Source: Guillardia theta CCMP2712 (lineage: Eukaryota > Protista > Cryptophyta). Taken from it: 32,835 nt of DNA. Shown here one piece after another: positions 10,905-21,051 of the stretch. The position numbers and the translations under genes were made by a program. The first letter of the stretch is position 1. Every line of letters begins with the position of its first letter. The stretch spans positions 58,195 through 91,029 of the forward strand of contig NW_005434651.1 in the NCBI RefSeq assembly GCF_000315625.1. Reading direction: 5' to 3'. The notes beneath the pieces are model-generated. The model was not told the DNA's origin and searched no databases. It saw only the letters and a list, made by a program, of their open reading frames with translations.

Positions 10905-11206
10905 CTCGCAGGTGGCGATCAACGTGTCGGAGTACCAGGGAGTGGCGGGCGGGGCCGACCCGCGCTACAACTCGGTTGTCTGGTCGTCCGTGAAGAAGTA
11001 GGTGCTGTAGGTGCAGCGGAAGGTGCAGGCCATCGGCTGCAGGGTGAGGTGGACCGTGGCCGTCTGCAGTCATCGGTGGGCACGACGCAGCCAAGTACCT
11101 CGAGTGCATCCGGCGGGCGGAGGCGATGGGCGACCGCCGCATCGACAGCATCCCGTGCGAGAACCACTACACCGCCTGCTTCGACTCGCTCGCTATTTAC
11201 TTCTAG
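10905..11206 (+). pseudogene. GC-rich decayed coding fragment of unknown origin
   Basis: Codon-like GC3-rich reading SQVAINVSEYQGVAGGADPRYNSVVWSSVKK*VL*VQRK... and, after a frameshift, DAAKYLECIRRAEAMGDRRIDSIPCENHYTACFDSLAIYF*, with internal TAG stops. Confidence 0.4.
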
Positions 11207-11483
11207 CGAAGTAAATACATTGGAAACGTGAGGAGACAAACTTTTATAAATCAATCTAAAATTTCAATGATTTTTACGAACACCCAAAAAATACATTTAT
11301 TCCTCTTTATTTTCCTTACCGAATCCCTATTATATTTTATTCAATTAAAATAATAGCTGCGCATTGGTGCGGATCCGATCATCACACAAAATAACCAAAA
11401 ACAAACGAGCGCACACACGGAGTGTGCCAGAGCAAACATAATATCAATGAAAATTATGAATCCTTCAAGGATCATATAACAAA

Positions 11484-11840
11484 AGAGGCAAAGGGGCAGG
11501 TGAATTGAATTTCACCCTTTGCCAAAATTCACCCTTTGCACACACACACGGCTTAATAATTCTCATCTTTATTTTTTTCGCCTCTATAACATGCATAATT
11601 TATTTAGGCAAAGGGGCAAAGGGTGAAATCGTTATTTTCATATTCTATTCTATATACCCATAAAGTAAACAAAATTTTATATTATCCTAAAATTTGAATT
11701 TCACCCTTTGCCCCTTTGCCTAACGTCTATATATCCTCCTTTTACTCATCTTTTACCCTTGTACCCAGCTAAAACATGGCGAAGGGTCCCCTTTGCCACC
11801 CCTTTGCCACCCCTTTGCCACCCTTTGCCACCCTTCGCCT
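11484..11840. repeat. Array of (CAC)CCTTTGCC direct and inverted repeats, including a perfect 26-bp inverted repeat (11604-11629 / 11698-11723)
   Basis: ttaggcaaaggggcaaagggtgaaat is the reverse complement of atttcaccctttgcccctttgcctaa; four tandem ccctttgcca units lie at ~11789-11832. Confidence 0.9.
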
Positions 11841-11930
11841 ACCTCCTTTTTATTAAAACCCCTTTATCATTACCATTATTATACTAAATTATATTCTTTA
11901 TTTTATTATTATCTATCTTTCTTTATTATA

Positions 11931-12680
11931 AATGTCATGTGACAATAGATATCAAAATTTATATCAATAGGCAGCACAAACAGGACAACTTTACAACCTG
12001 AAATAAATCAAATCAATGCCGATATCAATATCCTTTATTCTAATGTCGATGTGCTCAATGATGAGACAAATTTACTATTTAATCGATATGAGACGATCGA
12101 AGCGCTTGCAATTGATACATCCAATAACCTAATATCAACATCTAATCAATTATATGAAGGTATCGAAGACAATTCGAATGAGATCAATTTTATTCTGCGC
12201 CGCATTAATGATCTATCACAGACCGAAGAAACAGTCATCATGAACCAAATGAGAATGTTGATCTATTTGAAATATGATCTTGATCTTGAAAAATCAACAA
12301 TTAAATTCGCTTTGGAAAATGGGAGCTTAATATCGATTCAATACATCAAAAATAAATTAGATGAATTAGCAGGAGCTGACCAAGCCGAGGATGCAGAGGA
12401 TGCAGCAACAGACGCAGCACAGGCAGGGGCCGATGCTGTCAAGCAGCTACTAGGGAAGCAGTTATTGCTTTGATGCGATATCTTCAAGATATAGATGATC
12501 AATTGAAAGTTCAAGATGATGTCATTAAGGGTTATTCAAGAGACCTTATAGATGGTGAAAATTTAGGCTTTGGATCTAATCTGAATTTTATATATGATTT
12601 AGAAATTGTGACATTGCCTAATGGCTGCAATGTCAATAAATGGACAACTCGACTTTTAGGCGAACAGATCTTAACATTAG
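11931..12680 (+). pseudogene. Disrupted coiled-coil, virus-like (possibly structural) protein gene
   Basis: ATG at 11931 is followed by stops/frameshift, then TTLQPEINQINADINILYSNVDVLNDETNLL...TSNNLISTSNQL (ORFs 12051-12473 and 12470-12763 in shifted frames). Confidence 0.45.
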
Positions 12681-12878
12681 GCGAAGAATTGACAGATAAT
12701 ATTCGCGCATTCTTTTGTTTCTTAGCTCTCGATATTCTGGGTCATTTGTGTATTTTTGTTTGATATATTCATTTATTCTCTTGCATTCTTTATCGTGAAA
12801 TTCTTTATCAGTTGCAATCTTCTTTTTATAGTGCAGTGCTTGTGGGGTTGGCATTGTTTTCGAAAGAAACAAATTCAC
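12633..12878 (-). CDS. Small basic hypothetical protein (virus-like)
   Basis: MPTPQALHYKKKIATDKEFHDKECKRINEYIKQKYTNDPEYRELRNKRMREYY; AT-rich, K/R/Y-rich helical small ORF. Confidence 0.45.
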   Translation of the reverse strand: MNLFLSKTMPTPQALHYKKKIATDKEFHDKECKRINEYIKQKYTNDPEYRELRNKRMREYYLSILRLMLRSVRLKVELSIY

Positions 12879-12954
12879 TTTAATATAAAGTAAGAAAGTT
12901 TTTATCTATTTACTTTATATATATTAAAAAACAATCAAATCATTTTTATATAAA

Positions 12955-13167
12955 TTAGATTATCCGGCTCTTCCATGTGTTACCTTCTTTGTATAGTTGG
13001 TATGTTGCCATGCTTGCGGCTGTAGGCTTGGCAGTGCCACCGGTTGAAATGATGTCATTTAATCTTTTTATTATCTTTCGAGCTGTTATTTTGTCCTTAT
13101 TATCTTCGTATTGCTGTTTTTTCTTATCTAATATATCGGCTTTCTTCTTATCATAATATTTCTTCTA
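12955..13167 (-). pseudogene. 5'-truncated small basic virus-like ORF
   Basis: Manual translation: *KKYYDKKKADILDKKKQQYEDNKDKITARKIIKRLNDIISTGGTAKPTAASMATYQLYKEGNTWKSRII*; it lacks a start codon and abuts GC-rich sequence. Confidence 0.45.
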
Positions 13168-13636
13168 GCGCTCTCAGTGCTGAGGTGATCCTCCTCCTCG
13201 GAAAGCTCCGCGATGTGCTTCCTGCGGAGGAAGTCCTTGGCGCAGTCGCGGATGGGGAAGACGCGCTCGACGTACGGGTCGGGCTTGATCAGGCCCTCCT
13301 GCTCGAACTCCTCCGCGATGGCTAGCCGGAAGATGCTGCAGCAGGCGCCCGCGGAGGACGCCACCAAGCCTTTCCTGGGTCGTCAATTTGTTGATCACGA
13401 GTGTAATCGTCTGATAAAGAAAATTGCTGACTAAATGGAAACGAAAGAGTAAACATGGTCCAAAATAGATGCACAGTCCAGCCTCAAAGGAACTTCTTAA
13501 TGTCCGGTTGAGCCGGCTCAACCGCAAATCTCTTTCCAGTCCAACACTATTCGAGGTGTAAGGTAGATGGACAAACATAAATACATTGGTAGTTTTTTGA
13601 GAGGTTCAATGCTTGTTCACAAAAAACATCTTTCGA

Positions 13637-16600
13637 CCCAATACCACGATGCAGACAAGATTTCTTCCTCCTCAGGTTCCTACCCCTACCCCTACCCCTA
13701 CCCCTACCCCTTCCCTTTCCCCTTCTTCTGCCCCTGCCCCTGCCCCTGCCCCTGCTCTTGTACCTGCTTTTGCTGAGAGAGCTCATCATTAATTTCCTGG
13801 ATGGAACTGAAAAGTCCGATCTTACACGTGTACATAATGATACAATAGTGTTGATATAATTTCAATCTTTAAATCCGATTACAAACTCTTACACTCCCTT
13901 CCTCTCTCCCTCTACCCCTCCCGTCTCCTCTGTCTTCCTTCCCCTCCCGTCCCTTCCTTCCTCCTCTCTTTCCCCTCCCGTCTCTTCCTCCCGCACGCAT
14001 CCTCCACTCTCTGCGCATTTCACACGTCTTGCCCCATCCTAGCCTGCATCGACGCCAGCAGCGCAAGTGAAGGGTTCGTCGACGAGCAAACAGTGCGCTG
14101 AGCTCTAGATCGCAGCTTCGCTCGGTCTCCTATCCTCTCCACTCCCACCTCCTTCAGCTCCTGCTCGTTCATCGCCGCCAGTGCCTCGACATCGATCTTC
14201 TCTTCCTCAAACTTGGGCAGCAGCCTCCAGCCCGAGCTCCTTCAGCCAGGACTGGATCTTCTTCCTCGACGCCTCCTCCTCCCGTGCGCGCGATCCACCC
14301 ACGGGCTGGTATGGCTCGTTATGCATCATCGAGAAGAGGAAGTTGTTAGCGATCTTCCGCTGCTTCCTCATCCTCTTCTCTTCCAGGTTGCAACTCTCGT
14401 CAAGGTCATGGTTGTGCTCAGGCATGACGCGCAGAACGACCCAACCGGCGACCTCTCCCTCCACCTCGCTCACGTACTCGCACACCATCTCCCACTTGCA
14501 ACAAGGCTTGTCGTACGCATGCCCCATCCCGTGCGTGCAGATATACTTCTTCTGCGTCCCCTTGAACCCTGTTGCCTTCATCCTCGTCTCGGTCACTCGC
14601 CATGGCCCCAGCGGATAGTCCTTGGGAAGGTTTGCTGGGATGTCGTACGTGCGGCAAAGCTGCAGGATCTGCCAGCTCCTCTTCGCTTCCGGCGGTGACA
14701 TGGTTGTGTTCCTCATCGACTTACCCGCCCTCAGGTCCGAGCGATGGTCAGCTTGCCGCAGCCTTGAGCCTGCATGGTCTCTGCTCGCCTCCTGCGGCTG
14801 CTCCTGCACAGCGCCTTTGCCATGATCTGCTCTCCTGGGAGGATCTTCATGACGAGTCTCCTCTGCCCCACCGTCGGCATGAGGCACGGAGCAGCGATCG
14901 CGGTTGTTTTTCTCCTGCTCTTCTGCGATATGGTCCAGCATATCAGCGCTGGAGTCTGAGAGAACTTCTCGGTTGCCAGTGAAGCCATCGTCATGATCGT
15001 CTTCATGAATCACCGCTGCCATGTTCGCTCCTGTCTCCGTCATCTCTCAGTGCCTCCACCTCAGACCACTGCTGGTTGTCGGCATGAGGATCTTGAACTG
15101 CCCTCAATTGGGGAGAGGGAATGTTTTTAGTCAAACTGGGCTTTGAAGCGAGACAGTTAAATACTGATATCCAATCGTTCATAGTGGTTTCCAACTGCCC
15201 TTGTGCTGAGAGGAGTTCGTACTAGATTTTCGGCCTAGACCCTTCAGTTTCAAATTTCCCCTGTCCTGTTTCAATCCTCCCCCTGCTGGTTTCGCCGGCT
15301 GAACAGTTCCCGGCTGCCAGCCCAATGGCCGGCAGCGGCAGCTGAAAATGCAGACAGCGCCGTCCTGACGCGACGACACCCTCTGTTGTCCACTACGTGT
15401 GATCCTCCCCCTCCCTCTTCTCCCCTGTCGTGTACTCCCTTACTAGAAACGAAGCCTGTCGAACCCTCTTCTGCCAACTTCGCCTATCCCCATCTTTCCA
15501 TACCTCAACTCAGACACGTATCTTCTCTCCCATTGGACCTTCGAGTACTCTTATCCCCCTCCTCGTCTCGAGTCCTTATCTTCAGATCTCAACGAGTTGC
15601 ATCCAGCCATCACCATGGCAGAGTGTGTACTGGAGATGGTGCAATCTATTCTCGTTAGCATGTGGAATGAAGCACGTATGGTGATGACCAATCAGGAGCA
15701 GCTGCAGAGCCTGGCTTCGGATGTGAAGGATGTCATGAGCCCGCTCCTCGAGCTTTTGCGTCGAAGCCTTCGCATAGATCAAGAGCAGCAGGTAGGCTTC
15801 GCCCTCAACCGTGTCTACTTCACCCTGTCGTCGGTGCTCGCATTCATCAAGATGAAGGCGGGGGGTCGATCAGAGTCGTCTGTGACGCTGGAGGGCAAAC
15901 TAGATGCCGAGCTTGGCGGAAAGCGAGCGGAGATGTACTTCGCGGTAGAAGCCTTGATGCAGGCCCTGCAGGGCGAAGGCGGCACGGCCATGAGCGAAGC
16001 AGGGGACGGGAAGCAAGACGAGGTGGTAACCAGCAAGCCAGCATACAGGAGGATGAAGGAGGCAGCCGAGCAGCTGGCAGCTGAAGCCGACATCTTCTCT
16101 TCCTCAGAGGCTGAGGAGAGCGACGGGACGCGCCATCCATGGTGTCTGAATCCCTTGGAGCTGCAGGTTGAGCGAAACAGTCGTGGCAAACCAAAGCATG
16201 TGCTGGGGTCCGGAGGGTTTGCGGTCGTGTACCGGGCCTCGTATCAAGGCACGGAGGTTGCGGTCAAGGAGCCTCATAATCCTTGCGATCTTGAAGGCAG
16301 CAAGCTGATGCGGAAAGCATTCTTCAGAGAGGCCAACAACCTCTTCAGAATACATCATCGCAACGTGATAGAGCTGGTCGGAGCCATGGTCGTGGACGAG
16401 GAAGGGAACCCTTGCTTCCTGCTGGTCACCGAGCTACTGCGGCGACCCCTCACCGAGTACATCGAGGAGACGATGAAGCCAGCGAGTGAGAGCGAGCGAA
16501 GAGCGCGGGGCCACGTGGTGATGCTTGGACTGGCGGAGGGTCTGGCGTACCTGCACTCTATGCGCATCATCCATAGGGACATAACTCCCCAGAACATCAT

Positions 16601-17087
16601 GCTTGACGACAAGGACATCCCAAAACTCATCGACCTGGGGCTTTCGAAGGATAGAAAGGTTGCAAATCAGGCTCCCACCACAAAGATTGCAGGTACACTA
16701 GATTGGATGTCGCCGGAGAAGCGACGAGGCGAGCCCTCAACAACCGCATCTGACGTGTACGCCCTCGGGCTGGTGATGATGAATGTGATGACGCTTGAGA
16801 CGCCGCCGAAGAGCCAGGAGGAGCGCGAGAAGCTGCTCAAGGAAACGAGTGACAAGGGAGTGAGCGGGCAGGTGTCGCTATGGTGCATACACGAGGACCC
16901 GTCGAGGAGGCCGACGGCGGCTACTGTTGCAATGAGCTTGACGATGGACCGAGATCTATGCGGGGGGGGGGAAGTGCTGACAGGTGAGTCGAAGGTGTAA
17001 ATAAGGAAGGATTGTTTTGTAAGAGACTTGTATAGGAGGCGATCGGCAAGTATTAGATACCACCGATGACGAAGAAACCATTGTTCA
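13637..17087 (+). repeat. Segmental direct duplication, copy B (partner 144-3621)
   Basis: Near-identical to 144-3621 apart from discrete swapped patches and scattered SNPs/indels. Confidence 0.93.
14020..15043 (-). pseudogene. FAR1-like Zn-finger + SAM gene, copy B, frameshifted in the SAM domain
   Basis: ORF 14207-15043 is continuous through the HNHDL motif. A 2-bp deletion at ~14224 (cagcctccag vs cagctcctccag in copy A) truncates SAM (ELGLEAAAQV*). Confidence 0.68.
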
Positions 17088-18147
17088 ATACAAACTGATC
17101 AGCTGTTCAAGTCAGTATGATGTCAACATCAGTAATGTTTCATTGTCAGGCGATGCGAAGTTTTTTGCTTCGATATTGTCGCAGGGAAATGTTATCTTGG
17201 TATTTGAGGCAATCAGCGGCAGGCAAATCAGTTGTCTTGAAGGACATACAGACAAAGTGAACAGTTCATCATGGTTGTCGTGTGGAAGTAGGATAGTGTC
17301 AGGATCCTTGGACGGGACTGTGAGGGTGTGGGAGGCGAGCAGTGGTAATCAGATTTGTTGCTGTCAGGGAGATTTCACATGGGTTTTGTTTGTTTCGTCT
17401 TCAAGGGACGGGCAAATGATCGCTTCAGGATGCTCAGACGGGACTGTGAGGGTGTGGGAGGCAAGCAGCGGTAATGAAATCAGCTGCTGTCAGGGACACT
17501 CCGGCAGTGTCACTTGTGCTTCATGGTCTCCTGATGGAAAGTTGATTGCATCAGGGTCCTCGGACGGGACTGCAAGGGTGTGGGAGGCGAGCAGCGGTAA
17601 TGAGATCAGCTGCTGTCAGGGACACACAGGAATAATTGAAAGTGTTGCTTGGTTAGGCAGTGGAAAGATGATAGCATCAGAATCCTTTGATGGGACTGTG
17701 CGGGTGTGGGAGGCGAGCAGCGGGAGGCAAATCAGTTGCCTAAACGATGACAACGGATATACGAAGAGCATCGCTTTTGTGCAGAGTTCAGAATTGATAG
17801 TTTTTGGATCCTGGGACGGGACTGTGAGGGTGTGGGAGGCAAGCAGCGGTAATCAGATTTGTTGCTGTCAGGGGCATGAAGGAGCAGTGAATAGTGTCAG
17901 CCTTTCAGAAGACGGGAAGTTGATAGCATCAGGGTCCACGGACGGGACTGTGAGGGTGTGGGAGGCGAGCAGCGGTAATCAGATTTGTTGCTGTCAGGGA
18001 CATGTAGGAGCGGTGAATAGTGTCAGCCTTTCAGAAGACGGGAAGTTGATAGCATCAGGGTCCACGGACGGGACTGTGAGGGTGTGGCAAGAAAGCTCAT
18101 TTGTCCTAAAACCATGTAGAAGACCAAAACGGCTGAAGTTCAGATGA
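15615..18147 (+). CDS. MLKL-like helical NTD - (pseudo)kinase - WD40 protein, copy 4 (exons 15615-16983, 17036-18147)
   Basis: Kinase with HRDITPQN and DLG. A 52-nt intron (16984-17035), identical to that of copy 1, joins in frame (GGDRQVLDTTDDEETIVQY) to ORF 17143-18147 with about 8 WD40 repeats. Confidence 0.87.
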
Positions 18148-18261
18148 CGAGCAACGATGGATCAAAACATTGACATCGTGTACGTCTAAGATCCAATGAA
18201 CATTGCAGGTATCAAAACATCTGCATATGATTGAATGGGTGAGGGATCAAGAGGGCTTTTC

Positions 18262-20447
18262 TCAGTGCCTGGCAGCCCAGGCGAGGTCGAGGGAGATATA
18301 AGGGGGAAGGAAACCTTTGCTGGCCGCCATCAGCTCAAACGCGAGGGCCCCGAAATGGCTGCTGAAAGTCCCGATGAAGTAATCGCAGGAGGAGAGCAGG
18401 AAGAGATCAAGGATGGCCGTCTCCCCCGCTGCCCCCGCGTCGAGCAGGCCGTGCCTGATTCTGTCCTCCACGTACCAGTTCGAAGAGAGCATGGAAACAT
18501 CCAGCTCGCTGCGGATGACATCCACGTCGAGCTTCGAGGAAATCTCCTTGATAGCCTCCTCGTCGTCACTTGCGATGAACACCTGAAGCTGCTTCAGTCT
18601 CTTCCTCGTCTCATCTAGCAAGCTCAACCTGCGTCGCTCCGAACTTGTCGATCATCGTCTGTATGCTCTCCACGAAGCGGGAGGATGGTTGGCAGGGAGT
18701 TCGATACCCCACAGAGGCTTCGCAAGCGTCTCCTCGCCTTATGTGAACCCCTATCACCCTCCCCTTAGCCCCGAACCCGATCCTGTTCTTGAGCATGCGG
18801 AGCTCGGCCTGCCTGCTCGGCCAGAGCTGCAGCAGGTGGAGGAGGACATGCGAGCGATACCAGAAGCTTCCCTGGTGAGGAGGGAGCAGCTCGCTGGGGA
18901 CGAGAATGCCGATGTTAGTGTTGAGGTTTCCCGTCTCCTCCATGGAGAGCCCAGCTCGCTTGATGTGCCCGCGCGTCAGCTGCTTTGCGTGTATCTCCTC
19001 TATGCTCTGAGGGGCGTCAGAGGTAGAAACACAGGAAGGAGCTCAACCTTGAACGAGCTGCAGTTGGTCAGTGGGAGGAAGTAGCACTCGAGGCTAGCTT
19101 GCCCGCAGTCTGCATGCTTCATCCATGGCCAGTCCTCCTGGTGAAGCACTAGGGTCCGCCTGGACATCAACGCTTCTGTGACACCAGCCACGAGGAACTG
19201 TATCATGATCCCGATCCCCTGCAAGGGAACGCGCAGCCGAAAGGCTTCACCGCATGCTGAGGGAAACTGCACTCGCGCGATCTGCATGCTGGGTCAGGAG
19301 AGGAGCTGCTGAGGTTGCGGCTGCTGCACCTGACGGGATAGAGCAGCCGCACCGACAGAGAAGGAGCTTGCGGCCTTGCACGGGTGGCTCGAAGGGTCTG
19401 TAGGAGGAAGGTACCTGGAGGTAGCAATGTCAGCTTGTCAACCACGGCGAGCTCTTGTGCAGACCTTGTTTCCTTCAAGATGTTGTGATAACATGTTTCT
19501 CCAAACCAATCTCTCTCACATTCACACTGTCCCTCCACGCACCTCCCATGACCTGAGCATGTCTGATTCTCCTCCTCCGAGCAGCTTTGAGACTTCTCAA
19601 AACATTTCAACCCAACCTTCGGCCGCGAGCAGGCGCTCTGACCCTGTGGAGCTGCCGGGTCGAATGAGTTGTTAACAAAGAATATTTGAGACGTTGTTTG
19701 TAAAACGTTTCCTTGAACGTCCTTGAGATGAACTACTAGCGTGTGTCTCCCCTCATCAAGATCCAGAGGAATCGCAATCTTCTTCGATCTTCGGTAGTCC
19801 CCGAGCACAACTGAGTCAACCTCAACTACCAGCGAGTACGGTCGTCTTTGAAAGATTGTGTTCCGGGAGTACATCAGGTCCATCGCCTCTTCCAGATCCA
19901 GCTGCATCTCCCTATCCGTGATTCTTGCCTCCACAAATCTCGGCATGTTCCTGCCGAAGGTGAAGTCCGGGGGAGGATGCTGCACAAGGACGGACATGAA
20001 CGACCGCAGCCAATCGTTCCATCGCTCTCCTCCCACCTCCTCCCCATCGAAAACCGCCCCGTCCTCGTTGATTCGCACGAAGAAGTTGAGCTCAGCGACT
20101 GGGCCTTGAAAGACTCCGTTGACGTTGGTCGACACCTTGAGCACGTGCGGCCCTTCCTCCAGCCCGGGTATCCTTGGCGTCAGGTCTGAGCTGATAGGAA
20201 GGTGAATGTGCCGGTCCCAGTCAATCTCAATGTCGATATCGCCCTGTGCTGATTCATCTGCCAACGAGAATGCGAGCTGCACGTCATCAGGATGCTCGAA
20301 GACGAAGTTCGGAGGCGGGAAACTCAGCTCCACCTTGAAGCCAGACTGCATTCTCTCGTCGTCGCTGCTCACTAGCGCACATGTTATCAGTAGACCAGCC
20401 AGGATGCTGAGACTCGTGCTCGGACGGGGCAGCCTCCTGCTCATCAT
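18262..20447 (-). CDS. Secreted/Golgi alpha-1,6-fucosyltransferase-like (GT23/FUT8-like) protein with EGF-like domain, multi-exon
   Basis: N-terminal hydrophobic signal LSILAGLLITCALVSS; EGF-like CSGHGRCVEGQCECERDWFGETC; GT23 motifs VIGVHIRRGDAC, VFIASDD, LDLFLLSSCDYFIGTFSSHFGALAFELM spread over ORFs 19203-20477, 19000-19287, 18611-18943 and 18262-18627. Confidence 0.8.
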
Positions 20448-20626
20448 CGCAGACCATCCAGGAGCTTTAACCTGCACATCTGTGGAGCAGTATCAACAAT
20501 GCGTGAATGCCCGACCAATTCCGTCATATTGACCTTGAGCACTCCTGCTCCCTCCCTCCTGCTAAAGTTCTTCCCTGTCCTTCCCATTACATTCATGTAT
20601 CCTCCTCCCCTCTTCACTAGTTTACT

Positions 20627-20686
20627 CCCCTGCCCTGCCCTGCCCTGCCCTGCCCTGTCCTGTCCTGCCCTGCCCTGCCCTGTCCT
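20627..20686. repeat. (CCCTG)n pentanucleotide repeat
   Basis: Tandem ccctg/tcctg units. Confidence 0.85.
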
Positions 20687-20837
20687 GTACCCTCCTCGCT
20701 ACTCCACTCGCTCCTTCATTTCATTCTCATTCATTTTCCCAGTCGGGGCAGGCGGGGAGGCTCATTTTCGTGCTCGCCTCAGAGTGACGTAACGGAAGGG
20801 GGTGAGCGAAACATGCTGCTGAGGGGTGCTTGAGAAG

Positions 20838-20940
20838 AGAGAGCAGAGAGAGCAGAGAGAGCAGGGAGAGCAGAGAGAGCAGAGAGAGCAGGGAGAGCAG
20901 GGAGAGCAGAGAGAGAAGAGAGAGCAGGGAGAGCAGGAGA
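20838..20940. repeat. 9-bp tandem repeat (GAGAGCAGA/GAGAGCAGG)
   Basis: About 11 tandem units, which generate spurious REQ/LLS ORFs. Confidence 0.88.
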
Positions 20941-21051
20941 TTGATAACAATGCTTGGAACAAGCAATGCAGTGAATGGTTTGAGGTGAAACAGAAACAGT
21001 TGTATACCAGCAAGACCTGGATAGACCGTGAGAGCGGTACTGCAACAAGAT

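Larger units (their letters stand above)
11195..13170. mobile_element. AT-rich, degenerate virus-like insertion (possible Polinton-like virus/virophage/NCLDV remnant)
   Basis: Abrupt shift to AT-rich sequence, intronless compact disrupted ORFs with AT-rich codons, a TATTATAAATG start context at ~11923-11933, and iterated CCCTTTGCC motifs. No capsid, polymerase or integrase motif was recognised. Confidence 0.55.

Noticed and set aside
13547-13789. RG-repeat protein
   Set aside because: Low-complexity hexamer repeat (cccct[ag]/cccctt) that varies between duplicate copies; no reliable gene structure.
144-17087. Autonomous MULE transposon
   Set aside because: Only a FAR1-like Zn finger is seen; no DDE transposase domain, terminal inverted repeats or target-site duplication were identified.
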